A stretch of DNA of 61,788 nucleotides, filler included, from Choristocarpus tenellus KU-1152 (Eukaryota > Protista > Phaeophyceae): NCBI GenBank assembly GCA_964200185.2. It is 10 parts of 10 records of this genome, joined end to end, with 100 filler letters (N's around TTAATTAATTAA, not from the genome) between each part and the next. Parts side by side here need not be neighbours in the genome. Positions count along the whole stretch, not along the records: positions 1 to 19,137 come from CAXNAD020000491.1; positions 19,238 to 31,707 come from CAXNAD020001825.1; 8 more parts are not named here. One strand, given 5' to 3'. The notes under the pieces are model-generated. The model saw nothing but the letters and a program-made list of their open reading frames with translations, was not told where the DNA came from and did no database searches. Both the position numbers and the translations under genes were made by a program. Shown here one piece after another: positions 13,601 through 27,300 of the stretch (the stretch's first letter is position 1; each line of letters opens with the position of its first letter).

Positions 13601-16600
13601 TGCCTCTACAGGAAAGGAATGACTTCCTCCCCCCGACAGTTGACGTCATTACTCCACTCAGTCTTCTCGGTGTTGGATAGGGCACAGCACCAAACATGCA
13701 ACAAAAGAAAAACGATTCGCTAGCATAGGGAGTCAACACACCATGCCTCACACACTTACAATGCTCAAGAAAACCTACACACAGGGGGTCAAAACACCAA
13801 AAGAGTTCATGTCCTCCAGGCCATCACCAACCTCAAGCCTGAGACAACAAACACCAAGTAAGCCATACCATACTGTGCATGACCATGAACTGTACACAAT
13901 ATATACTAAGCACATCACAACTCTTGAACCCAGACACAATTACTGTTAGGCCCTAATGCTGCACATCGAACAACAAAGACAGTCCAACGTATGCTACGCT
14001 AGGCTTTTCTTTGGCAAGCAAGAATCTCTTTTCCTCTCTAAACGTCCAGTCATACGGAACTCTGAACCCCAACTATCGCTCGTTGTGTGCCCACGCCTAA
14101 CTCTCACTCCACCACAGAACATAAAAATCCTCTCCACCAAAATAACATCAAAATGATATGGACAGGACAATACCCTGAGAAGGAGTTCACAACCAAAACA
14201 TGCAGTCTCCATTGCACCATCCTACACTCCAACTAGAAGCCATTCACTCGAATAGTTCGGATATCTCTCCTGCGGCAACCACAAAGCCTTACTTTCAAGA
14301 GGCAACAAAGTGGACGTCACCCCCATCAAATGTATCTACACATGGTCGAGAAGAGGAGCTCGTGTTGATCAGCCCGTGAATAATCATCACACGCACATCA
14401 AATTCCCACCAGCATCCAACCAAACACAAGGACAAGAAGGCCATCGTAGCACGGAACAAACTCTTCAAAAAACACCCACTGAACAAACACAATACGGGCA
14501 TCTCCTAAAAACTCTGATCGCGATGGCAAACCGATTGACGACAATTCAACTCAAGCGCTACATACATACAGAGCCCCGGGAGACACAGCAGGAAGACAAA
14601 GGGGTGAAGACGCAAGGTTTTAAATGGAGAGGTACTGGCAGCACCACCTCCTCCACCACTAAGCAGGCACAGTCGGCACTAACAATCACACACTCAATAT
14701 GTATCAAAGATAAAACAAAAAAGTGTTCAGTCCTTTTTTTTTAAACTCACCGAATCCTCTGCTCCTCCCAGTAGCCTTTTCGACCATGATGCGAGCACTG
14801 ATAACATTCCCAAACTTTGAGAAAAGCCGAAACAGGGCATCGTTCGTCATCGTGTTGGGAATATGAAACACAAACAAGTTACACCCGTCTGGACCTGTTC
14901 ATAGCCAGGTCCCGCCGATGCACGTTCATGAGGGTAGGGATAGCATTATCAGAGTTAGGACACACATGCACACAACACACAACACACACACACACAGGTA
15001 GACTACGAAATGAGAACACAACCAAACAAGTGAGGCAACTATTGATATCTACATTTTCATAATGCCACGCCATGAGTTCCTCATAGACTCCATGCAAGAA
15101 AGTGGAGGGAAAGGGTAGGAGGGAGACAATACAATTGCGCAGAGGAATATTTTCTGGACTCCCACAAAGTTTTAAGGCTCAAGATGGAGATACTGAATGA
15201 AAGACCCGTTCATCCCATACACAAATATTTCACCTCTCCCTTCACACACTGTATCGTCCAACAAACAGAACCTAAACCTATAGGACATTAGACACCCTCA
15301 CCACCGAAAAAAAAAATGTCTTTGTAAGTACTGAAGTAGGAAGGTACCACAGCAGGAACACCACTGACCACCACTCTGAGGTAAAAGACTAAAGTTTTAG
15401 CTTGGCATTACTCTGAGCTGCAACACTGGAGCATCAAGAATTCAACTCCGCTTCATGTTCAGTTATCACACACATTTAACTTCTTTTTTTTCTTCTCCCA
15501 CTGGTCCCAGATATGCCATGTGAACACGTGACTAGACACGGCAACAAAACTCTGGCTCGTTGAAGCTCAACAGCAAGGTGAGGGAGGGCGCTCCATTATT
15601 AAGGGAGGTACAACCTTCAAATGCCTGCATACAAATGCTGCATGCAACCCTCCATGTCAAACATCAAGACATGACATGCGACACACCCGTCAAAAGCTAT
15701 TAACTTTCCTTCTGTCCATAAATGGAACTAACACAACGATGATGATTACAACAAAAAGGAGTGTGTTCTATGAAGTTATCAATGGTGCAAACAAGCAGTT
15801 CAGCAGCAGAGACTCTTTTTAAGATAATCCTACATTGACGAAAGCAAATAGCACTTATCCTCACCTTGAAGATTACTTGTGGTCTGTATCGGTTGGCCAG
15901 GATTTGTGCTCCGTCCATAGCTGTCTTGTGTGCTTGCTGATAATATCAACAAACATCAATCAAAAGAGTTGTAAAACTTCAAAACCAACTTGGAGCCAGG
16001 GCAAAGACATCAGGAAAATGTTTACAATAGATTCATCTAAGCCTGTTACCACATCGTGCTGATTTCCCAACCATGTTGTTACCTCATTACCATTCAACTT
16101 GATACACGGAGTGTCGTCACTTTTCTAGGAATCACAATTGGCCTCTTTCGGTCAAGCCGCAACATACACAAAAACGTAATTGGAACTAGTAAGAATTGTA
16201 TCCAAGAAGAGCTTCGTACAAGCTCAATGCATGACCGTGAATGCCCCCAGGCGTCCCAATCCTCGCTACAAGCAACTAGTGACGAGAAAAGCCACACAGT
16301 GTGAATTGTGGTCGATATTGTGTGGCATTGACTAGATAACGCAAAAACCTAATGATGATGGGGCATCATTCTTAAGCACACAACCAATGGCAAACCACAA
16401 TGACCAATGGATTTGTAAGGAACATTAGAGACTGTCGAGCCATGTACCCTGCCACAGGCGGCACACGCCACAGGCAAACAATTAATTGTCCAATGTACTT
16501 TCAAGATGTTTAACGACAGAGCATACAACAAATACGAGCTCAACCGTGAACAAGGACTTGTTAACCACCCGCTAGATCTCATCCTGCCTCTCAACGTGCC

Positions 16601-17500
16601 CCTCACCACCTCAGTTGTAGCACACATAACCCAGAGATAACCAGGAGCAAAGGTAACGTTGTCATGATAACGACTTAAGGCACATTATTGCTCTACGTAT
16701 TTGGTCAACATGTTTGGTCTATGTGGGAAAGAAACCAAAAGTGGTTTCGAGCTCTTCAGCTCTGAAAATACAAATGTTGGGACCAAGAACGTACCATAGT
16801 AACCCCCAGCTCCACCTGTGCTGCTTCCCGAATACCCTGGGGGGACTTGGTAGTGGTAGGACGGGGGGACTCCAACACCATACATTGAAGTTGGAAAGTA
16901 GGATGGGAGCCCAGTTGCCATCGTGCTCCCGCTGTGGGGATTTAGTGGGATTCGGTCGAGGTTTGTAGTAAAGGGGATGAAATATTGAATACAGACATGT
17001 CAAGCGGCATGGACTCCAGCAATGATCACATCTGTGCCATGAGCTTAATCTGAGTCTCAGAGCATTCCATCGACGAGTTCATACGTACCCGCCAGGCAGC
17101 AGGAAAGCGCCGTCCCCGTTCGCTGAAGCACTAGACCCTCCAAGTGACGTTGCTGACCCTGGATGTACTCCTTGTTCGGCTCTCATGTAGCCACTCTCTT
17201 CTAATCCATATCGTCCCTCCCATCCACCATTTCCACCGATGACCGGCGACTGGGGAGGACCGCCATACGCGTCGCCCTGACAAGGATTCGAGACAGGGTA
17301 AAGTTCAGATGCACAGGTCAAAGCACGAAACCAGTCGCCAGGGTTCTTGAACTGCGATAGTGTGTACCCACCTGTCCGTACTGGGGCATCCCATAGCCTC
17401 CTGCGGCACGTCCTGCCGCAGCCCCACTCCCCACTACTGGAAACCCTCCTCCATGCCGCCGTCCCACTTCCCCGGCCCCCGTGTTGTGCATGTAGCTCAT
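7686..17500 (-). CDS. CELF/Bruno-like single-RRM RNA-binding protein, ~424 aa, 9 coding exons (17372-17500, 17089-17276, 16795-16931, 14751-14894, 13008-13072, 11562-11759, 10195-10302, 9264-9495, 7686-7759)
   Basis: Phase-consistent GT-AG splicing gives [82 protein letters not shown], which is RNP2/RNP1 of a CELF RRM3-type domain. Flanks are Gly/Pro/Ser-rich. The last exon is less certain; unspliced read-through would stop at 9244. Confidence 0.85.
8622..8684 (-). mobile_element. tRNA-derived SINE-like head (Pol III A and B boxes) in a CELF intron
   Basis: Minus strand TGGTGTAATGG (A box) and GGTTCAATCCC (B box) at tRNA-like spacing, but no acceptor stem. Confidence 0.5.
11141..11290. repeat. 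~68-bp tandem duplication headed by telomere-like CCCTAA repeats
   Basis: Two units of (ccctaa)n-cctgaaaacttggt..ccattgt.aaaagac.tcaa.tg. Confidence 0.75.
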
Positions 17501-19137
17501 TGCAAGGGCCGAGCGCTGTCAAAAATGCACCGAAGATAGAAACGGCGTCCTGGTCCCTCGATGGAGCGACCCAAAACTTACCGCAGTAAAATTAGTTCCT
17601 CGAACCACCCTGTCCCTCACTAAGGATTGGACCCATCGACCGGGATTATAGTCAGGTCGGAGATAAAACTCTGGCGCACAGATAAACTTAACTCTAGGGG
17701 AGATTCCCGGAGATTTGTACGTACTCACAACAGTACTGTCGTGACACAAGTCAAACACAGCCACACGCGCTCCGTTCGAGGACAATCAGTCGAAGAGCCA
17801 GGCTGGTTGACTCACCAATTCACACAGGCCTTACAGATAAGACAAACAGACAGGTAAACGCAAGAGTACAGTGAGGGTTTGGGTTTGAGGTTGTGTCTTG
17901 ACCACTTGAAAAATGTATATCAGACCCTCTCAAACCACTACCTCTTTCCGCTATTACATTCACTGGATCTGTTTCTGTTTTTTATTCATTTGTCCGCAAA
18001 TGTTTTGGCGGATTTTGGGTTCTACTGATTCCCTACTCCCTTGATTGGCCCATCACAAAAATTATGAACGAGCAGGTCTGTCGGAAGCAACAACTTATCG
18101 CCCGTGCACCAAATTGCTCGAAAATTCCACTTTTCGGTGCAGGAACGGTAGATTTGCATTCCACACTCATCGAATCTTTCATATTGATGGTTCCTCAGTT
18201 CCTCTTGATCGAATTTGATGGAGTTCGTCATGTTATTAGAACCAGCGAACGAACTTTCAGGGAACTTAGAAATATTGGAGTCAGTGATACGGTATGATTT
18301 GAATAGATACCGAGCACGGTATAATTTGTTTATACTTCCAGTTGTATACTTTCATACTATTTTATTATAATTTCATACTATCCTTATGTTTTAAATATCA
18401 TACCGATCCACTGAATTTGTAGCTGTAGGTGGCGGGAATCTCCAATTTAGAGCTAAAATCGGCGGGTTTGAAATATGTTGATAATACATACTTGCTCCTC
18501 AACTCGTGAAAAGGTGTATATTCCTACATCCAAAAATCCTAAAATAATCTGGGAATATATCTGTGTAACACCCAACAACTATATATCAGATATATATCAG
18601 ATATTGGGTCTAGTTCTAAGATTTGCTAGAGGACAATATAGGACATGTTGACAGACAGTAAGACTATAGATTGGGTTCAGGGTCCATTCAAGTTTTTTCT
18701 CACAAGGTATTATTGGTTTTCTGCTAATAAATGAGTATAGATGCGGCATTGAAAATTCGACTCCTTCCTCGATAAATTGGAGATTTGCCTCCAGGTATAT
18801 ACACAATACATCAAAAACTTCAAGATGGAGAAGTGATGGTGACGGATAGGAGAAGCAAGTTGGGGATGTGTTGGGGAAGTTTGGGATTATGGTGAGGAGG
18901 GGACTTTCCAAATGAAAAGGGAGACGAATCCACTAGTTATTGATTGTCTTGTTGATGGGTAGGAAGTCGTTTAGACTATTGACAGGTATGGTAGATAACG
19001 TACATCATTAAAAACAGCACCTACAAAGAAAGTATCAAGAAGATTAAGGAACATGTAGTCCACCATAATATTGTATTATTATGCCCTCTGACATTTTGCA
19101 GATGTGTCAGGGGGAAACCAATGAAAACTATATACAT

Positions 19138-19237
19138 NNNNNNNNNNNNNNNNNNNNNNNNNNNNNNNNNNNNNNNNNNNNTTAATTAATTAANNNNNNN
19201 NNNNNNNNNNNNNNNNNNNNNNNNNNNNNNNNNNNNN
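19138..19237. other. Artificial contig spacer N44-TTAATTAATTAA-N44 (also 31708-31807, 34838-34937, 38342-38441, 45341-45440, 49164-49263, 53367-53466, 56239-56338, 58989-59088)
   Basis: Nine identical 100-bp spacers with stops in all six frames. Confidence 0.98.
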
Positions 19238-19246
19238 GTGTGGGGT

Positions 19247-19286
<40 letters not shown>

Positions 19287-20480
19287 TGGTGGGGGGTTTT
19301 CGTTTGCGTTTGAAGTTTTTTTATTTTTTTTTTTTTTTTCCCAAGTTTTTTTTTTTTTTTTTTTTTTGAGGGAAGTGAAACTTATTATAGGCGGCCCTCG
19401 ATTTGTCCGCCTCTGATGTAACCTGTTCGCCACCCAATTTCTATTTGGTTTTGTTCACAATGGTGGTAATGGACTACATAAACAAAGTAATGGAAGTTTT
19501 TCTGACTGATGATGATAGTTGTTTCTACAAGCAGCGAGTCAGTTATGGTGGTAAGCTAGAAGAACAATCGATTCAGAGTCTGCAAGTATTAGGTTTTGTT
19601 GTTGTTGTTCTACTCCTTCTTAAGACCAGATTAATTTATCATTTCGGGTAGAGGGGGGGATACCTTCAGTGACTATGCCAAGAGAGAGGGGTTATTCTGT
19701 GCTATGCATTTCCCTAAGTTCAACTAGAGGAGTTGATTGAGATCAACTTACGGATGATTCATTGTTCAGATTTGACACAAGATTGTCCTTCTTGATATGT
19801 GGCCCCAAAGATGGCTTATCTTCACGTCTCCCCTAGGGAGAAGTGGGGTCACAAGATTGTGCCAGAAGGAGCCCTCAATTTTTTTAGCGATGTAAGAAAG
19901 GACGTGCTGAAATTGGAGCAACTCTGAGATATGAGGTGTATCGTGTTGTGGAGAGTATTTGCACAATACTTTGCCTTGTGGAGGGTAATACTCACTGTGA
20001 AGGTTTATTTTTTTATTCTGCATACCTTCATTTTTTTTTTATCTTTCAAGAGCTTCTGATTGCAGTTGTTGTGAGTGCTCTTACCTCAAGCGCACTGAAC
20101 TATAATAGTACAACCGATCTGCTAGAGTCTTTCCTCTGCTGTCTTTGACCTACCCAGTGTGGTGCACATTGATACGCTCTGAAGTGTCTGCTTTTTTTCT
20201 TTTTGTTCATGTTGCACTTCAATGCCAATCCGTTTCTATCTCCTGCTCCTTCCACAATAGATTGTTGTAGGGTTTTTTTTCTCTTTTTCCCAAGGCAGGA
20301 AGTTGGTCAATCTTGTCACTGAAGACTGTGGTTCCCTCCCCCCCCCCCTACTGACAATTGGTTGCAATGTATGTCTTTCACTCCCAAAAAGACTCTAATC
20401 GATGTTGTAAAAATGTGTTTCATCCCTTTGTTAACTCTGCTATTTGCTTGCTCCCTATTGGTCAAATTGGTTATTGTCAG

Positions 20481-21270
20481 TGAAACTGCCATCGAGGTTG
20501 GAAGAGATGAATCCCTCATATCCTCTGTCTATGCCCTGGCACAGCTAGCCCTCCATCCTGCCCATGTTGGAGATGTTGAGGCAGCTGTCATGACTCCTCG
20601 TGAGCCTGCACCTGTAGCTTTGGCTGCAGGGTCAGCAATGGCAGGTGAGGTAACAATCATATACCTATCACTGATGGTGTTAGGGTGGGGTTGCTAGATA
20701 TATGAATTCATTGCACAAGGAACATTGTCAGGTTTGAGGACAGCAGTGTATTTGCAAGTAGGTCTTTTACAGCGTCAAGAGGATACAAGGTGTGATTTAA
20801 CGGTGTGGTTATTCTTTTCTAAGGTCAATCAGTGTGATCCATGACGTATGATTGTCTCTGATTCATAGTTCACCTGCATGAAACCATACTTGTTATGTCA
20901 CCATTAATTGGTACCCTGAGAACTCTGCCCTTGCTCTTTTGGGTTGTAATCGATTTTGAGGTGTCACATGTTGTCACATATTTCTCCTCTCATCACCACG
21001 TTCTTGATATACAGTCTGGAATCTTAATCATGTGCTGATGTATGCTTTGCAGGAAAGGGAGATGAACAGAGCACCAGTGTTGTGGTTCTGTTTGCCTTGC
21101 TAGACCTTCCTCCAGAAAATAGGTCTCTGGGCCTGGCTGCTGAGGTCTTGCAAGTGCTTGTACGTCAGAGTGGGGTGGCGGCGGCTGTGGCGAGGGGAGG
21201 CATGCTGGAGCGCCTCTTGAGGGTCCTGGCAGAGGAGGTGAATGAGGGGGAGTCTGTCTGACCGTGTGAC

Positions 21271-21303
<33 letters not shown>

Positions 21304-24300
21304 GTGTGTACAATTTTGTATCTGGCAGTTTGGTTAGGTTGGAAAGATAGGTGATAGACAATGCAAGAAGAAGATTCACACAGGAGTGGTGGACTGGGTT
21401 CAGACCCTGTGTACAATGAAGTTGGTTATTCCAAATTGAATGTTAGTGCTTGCTGTTGCATTCGGTAAGTATTTTTATTTTGGTCGTTTATAATATCTCA
21501 CCCTTCCTCAACCAATAGGATGTCATGGATGTGGAATCAACCCGCTGGGGTCTGCTGCACTCCCTGTGTGTTCACACTGAGGTGAGGTTGGAGAGCACAG
21601 TTGCCTGTCTTGTGCTCTAAGTTTCCTTCCGTCTGAGTGGACTATGGAACCGGTGTTGCTGCTAATCCTCTGAGAGTACAACGGGAATACAACTGATTGG
21701 CTGTTGTGTATTTAGACGAGATAAGCAGTGGAGCATTTCTTATTGTCAGGTCACTGTGACCTCCGTGCTATGCCACCTGTGTGCCAATTGTGCCAGTTGA
21801 GTAACACCTGGCACTACATTCTTCCCACTCACCTGTTGAGCTGCCAGGAGACAAGTACATTTTGTTTGGGTGTAACTATCAGGGTGATAATACCTGCGCC
21901 TGTCCCTCTCTCCATGTCCTTTGCCAGGTATCCGAACGTCTCCTGTCTGCGAATGGATTTGTTGTCCTTCTTGGTGTCCTGGTGGGCTACAAGGGGTTCA
22001 CTTCATCACTCGGGGCACGACAGGGCGCTGCAAGGGTAGGCAAGGCCTTGTGTAGACTTCCACTTGGCTCTCTCTCCATTCCCGTTTTTGTTACCATGGT
22101 GAATGTCGCAGACATGAATGCTCAAGTCAAAGAAATTTCAGACTTCAGTTTCATGCTGGGTATGGTCAATTTATGTTTGCCTATGTATTGGGCGTTGAAG
22201 TGGTAGTTGTATGACCCCGAAGTCATACTGGTTTGATCTGTGTAGCCTGCAAACAAGGCCATTGCGACTTGCTGTGATATTTTCCGGTGAATTATTTCAT
22301 GGACTGTCGTGTTCTTCCAAACAGGGGGCAAGAAAGGAGATGCCTCTCCTCTAACTAGAGCTCTACAGCAACCCATTGCCTTCAAGATCTCACTATCTTC
22401 ACCTATTAATTTCCTCTTCTTCACTGTCAGTGTGACTCCTTGAGTGTGACAATTCTCTTCAACATTCACAACCTCAGATAAAAGTGTCCACTCCATGCAA
22501 ATGTCTGCCTTTTATGTTTTTTTCCTATGTTAACGTGCTGTACAAACGCCCCACTGATCACTGTTGACAATCCAGGTACTTTGTGGACTGCTAAGAAATC
22601 GTAATGTTGGACAAAGAGCTTCAGCTATGCTGTCTCGGTTTCTTCCCCCCACCCTGGTTTCTTCTCTGGGTGGGACAGGACTGGGAGGAAAGGTGGATGC
22701 TAAGGCTGCTGTAGCCGCCTTTGATGCCTCACATGAAACCCCCGAGTTGGTTTGGACAAGCGAGATGAGATCTGAGCTACAGGAGGTGAGCATTTGCTTA
22801 GTAATTTTTTGGTAATTAGGGTTACTTGAACCCAGGTGGTGGATGGTGGGTTTGGGGGAACTGTTGTGTAGAGAGTACCCTGTTTGTCAGGAGATGGTAA
22901 ATATCTATGCTGCAGGTCAATATTGAGAAGGTATCTGTCTATTGAAGAGATACATGATTATTTTCAGTAGATGGATATATGCTATGGGTTGTGATGAGTG
23001 AAGTGGACCAGAATATCAACACCCCATCCTAATAGCATAGAAGAGTATGTTGCCGGCTTCAGGTGATCACCCCCAAAGTATTCAGTTGATTTCTACTGTT
23101 GACAATTAATTGTGATTTTTGGCCATAGAGGAGATAGTTTATGCTTGCTTGCTTTTGGTCCCTGTCCTTTCCTTCATGATCTTGCTTATTGTCCATCCTA
23201 CAAAGCCATGAGTAGTATTGAAGTGTCCTCAAGTTTAGATGGACTGTATATACCCTAATCTTCCATTGTACGCTTCAAGGCCTATTAAAATTTTCGCCCG
23301 GCCAAATGTTTTTTTTCCTACTTCGACCCCTGTATGCATATCTCCAGGCTCTAGATGGACTCTTACGTCATTATATGCAGACACCAAGGAGGTATGGGAC
23401 ACAAAGGCAATACCATGATGATCTTTTGCAGTTACCAGCTGACTTCAGGGTTAGGTGAGGAGCAAGAATATGCTGGTTTTGTCATTTTGGTGATTTGGAC
23501 AGATGGCGTGCACGAGCTCGAGGGAGATGGAGCTATGGTACCTTTTGCATTAATTCTGGTGAAATTGTGTCAACCTTCCAGTCACCCCCCGAAATCAAGT
23601 TTTGGCGAGGTTAGTAGAATAGCTATGTATGTTTGGTAATGTTGTCTTCCCTCACATCTCCGCCAACATACAATTGACAAAAAAAATCATTACATTTTTC
23701 CTTTGTGCATCACCTCCAGCCTCAACTTTGAGGGCACAGTTTTTTTTTTGTCAAATACTGCAGAATTTGAGCTCCACCCCTCGTGTCTCTTTGGGAGGTT
23801 TACTCTGAGGAATAAATGCCACTCGCTTGTGTGTATCTGCTGTTCATTTCCTTGCAGATTCCGGTGTCTTTCCTCTGAGGTGACTGTGGGAGGAGTGTAC
23901 CTCCGCCTTTTCCTCCGCTCCCCCTTGCATGAACTGAAAAACCCAGGGACTTTCTTGGATGGACTCATGAATGCATGGGCACATGGGATTGAACAGCAGG
24001 TTGCTCCGTTGAGGGCACATGTTGGGCGGACTGGATTAGAGTCGCAAGATGGAGCTTTTTCTAACCTCCGAGGAGGTGTCACAGGGGCAAGGGTTGGGGA
24101 AGGGCACAATGCTGGAGTAGAGACTGCGTTGGTGACAGCGAGTGGATCAGATCTGTTAGAGCTGTATACATCCTGTATAGTGCTTCTTGTGAAGGGAGGG
24201 GTGCAATTTGCTGGTGAGGTTCATGCTGCATGACTGAGGGGTCAGGGAGATGGGTTCAGTTGTAGCACTGACCGATGTATTGGGATGCTGTCCACTTTTC

Positions 24301-27300
24301 CAGTGAGTTTTCCTGTTTGATTTGTTGTTCATATGCAAGAATGTTCAGCACATTGTTGGTACAATAGATCAATGGAATTGGAATGTATCTCATGTGATTT
24401 GGAGCAGGCAATAAGTTGAACATGAAGTCAAGAGTGACCATACCTCACTGCTGCATGCTACACAAAATTAAGTCATATGAAAGATCACTTTGCTTGACAA
24501 TCTCTCTTGACATGTTCTTGGGGCTGACTTGCAGATGATATGGTGGCATGGGGATTTCTACCTTTGGTTGTTGGTACACTGAGGGTGTGTGTTGATGCTG
24601 GGGCAAGGGGAACTCCTCAGGTACACTTTTGTATATATTTTTGAGCTGCAACATTCTCCTGTGGTCAATGTTGGAGGAGAATTTGGTTCACGTGTTGCTC
24701 ATGTAGATTGTTGGAAGCCAGTGAAGAAAAGCAAACTCTGAGTCGTTATCCTTGGACTTGGTGATCCTGATCAGTTTGGTTTGGAGTACTGTGGACCCCC
24801 TATAACAGAGTGTTTAATTTTTTGTCACCTTGCCAGATTTCTTATTGAGAAGCAGCAGGCCGTATGAGGGAGAATAGAGTGGATTGGTGAACCTCAATTC
24901 CAATTGAAGTGCCTAGCATTGAAGGACTCCATGCTCGGGAGGGGTGGATGAGAGCCTTTCTTGTTTTCTTCAACAATGATACCATGTGCCAGACCTGCGC
25001 ATCCCCACCCTTTCAATTGAGTGAACTGCTTATCCCCTTCTCTAGCTGTCCTACACGTTGTGCAGGTCAAGCGCTCACTACTACTTGTTGGTTCCAAACT
25101 GAATTTTGCATAGGTGTGCTGTGTTCGCATCCTGCATGAACTTGGTGACAAGCAACAATGTGTCGCAGCAATGGCTGAGGCCGATAGCTCGACTGCAGCT
25201 CTGTTGCTGTCTGCTCTCTTGACCCCAGCTGAGCTTGGTTTGACTCGATGTGGGGAGACAGATCAAATCGGTGGGAGTGCTACTACGGGCACATTAGTAC
25301 CTGAGGCGTCCTTCGTGCTGGATACGTTGAAGAGGATTATTGGAGTACGTGGGGCACGGGGATGGGAGGCACTGGTGTCTGAGGCATTGGATCAGGTACA
25401 TGTAGGTCCAGGATAGGTGTTCCTTGTCTTATCAAGTTCTTCGAAGTTTAAATCTCTTTTATTTTTATTATTTGGTGCATTGACTACACTCTTGGACTGA
25501 ACTGTTAAAGGGTTTGTTTGTTTGTTTGTTTGTTTTTTCGCTGTAGTAGATAAGGTAAGACTCTCTTGTGGTGAGAAACGCTTGTTGGATACAATTGGTT
25601 CCTGACCTTTCAGATGGAACCTCTTAATGAATGATGAGGGTCGATTAGTTAGTTGTCTGCTTCAAGATAGTGTTTTTCCTCTTGAATTTGTCCATCATGG
25701 CAACTCTCCAACCTTTGGAATCATGAAATTCGTAACTGTCTTTGATGGTTTGGCATCTATTTCTTACTGGTCTGTGCAGGGGCTGGTGTCAATCCTGATG
25801 GAACACATCGTGGAGAAGGAAACAATGGACTCAGGAGTGCTGGATCCCAGCACAGCCAAGGTTATGGTTTGCAATCTCTCTCTGAAAATGCTTGAGGTTA
25901 TCCAGTGTGGATTACTGTCATGATACTTGGTGGTTGTGTGTGTGTTGATATCCATTGCCTTGAAAAAGGCAGCCTAGGATTGAGTGGAATGCATTATCAT
26001 TGGAAGGCAATATCATTGGAAGGTGTGCTTAAATTATTTTAACATTTGACCTGTAGTTCTGTTTTGGTGCAAAGTCCTAAATATCGTTTAAGCCTTCATC
26101 AGTGTCCATCTTCTGTGTACCATTTGCTTGCCTTCATTTCAGTAACCTTACCATGTCTGACTCCACAGGTGTATGCGATCAGCGTTCTCAAGACCCTTTC
26201 AACTGACCCCGCGGTGAGGAAGACTGTAAAGGATCAGCTGGCTCCTTACCAGGGGTGGGGGAAGTACTCGGATCAGGATCACTCCCTATTTTTGGCAAAG
26301 GAACAACAGGCGAGAATGCCACATCTCTTTTCACCTTGTTCATGAATGTCTTAAGTACAACTGAGAACTTCAGAGGATGGTGTGTTTGAAAGTGGACATA
26401 TCTTTCCCCTGGTCCCTTGTCTCAACCAACTCACATTGCGTCAAGTCTTTCAATTGACACAGGTTTACGAATTGACTTTATTGTAGTTTTGGTGTTGAAG
26501 CTTTCTTGTCGTGGTGTGAAGGACAATAATTTGTGCTAAACGACACCTACACACAGTCCCAGGTGTGTAGTTACAATGCGATGCAAGAATGATGCATGGA
26601 ATTGATCCTTGATTGTCCTAATGTAAATTCAAGGACACCTTCTCTTGTGCGAAATACCTAATGACTGAAGACAAGATGGGGGTGTTAATAGGGTCATTCT
26701 GCATTGGGTCTGAGAAAGTCACCTACACAATAAAGATTGTTTTTTTTTCCCTCTGTGTGCATTGGGAAAGGTCATCTCAATATTTTCCCTTTGTCATTTG
26801 GAAGAGTTTTCATCTGCTTACCCAACGTTTAGATCAACACTTATTTGTTTAGATCTCTTTCTTCCCCCGATCAACACTTATTTATTCCCCAGGTAGACCA
26901 CTTTCTTACTGATGGGACTGAAGTCCTGGGTCGCAAGTTGCTCACAGCATTGTCAACTCCTCCTTCAGGGTTGGCCATTGTTCAGACTGCCGAAATACCT
27001 TCTCAGCCAGACATTGTCCATGGCAAGGAGAACCTGACAGGACCTTCCTCCAGTACTACCCCTAACCAAGCTCATTCAGCTGCAGTTTTGTCTACACCTC
27101 CACCCCCCCGTCCATCCGATACTTCGTCACTGGTGACTGAAGGGGTTGTTGGGAAAGAGGAAGGGGTTGGTACTAGCGAACAGACAAAAGATGGATTTAG
27201 GTCACAGGCACATGATATAAACACTTCACCGACAATACCCGTGGAGCTAGACCAAGTCCCAAGGCCAATGCCAGGATCTGATTCAAGGCCGAGGTTTACC

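Noticed and set aside
19238-19370. Long G and T homopolymers at contig ends (also 31618-31700, 56380-56440)
   Set aside because: Low-quality sequence at assembly breaks; lengths are unreliable, so no G4 claim is made for them.
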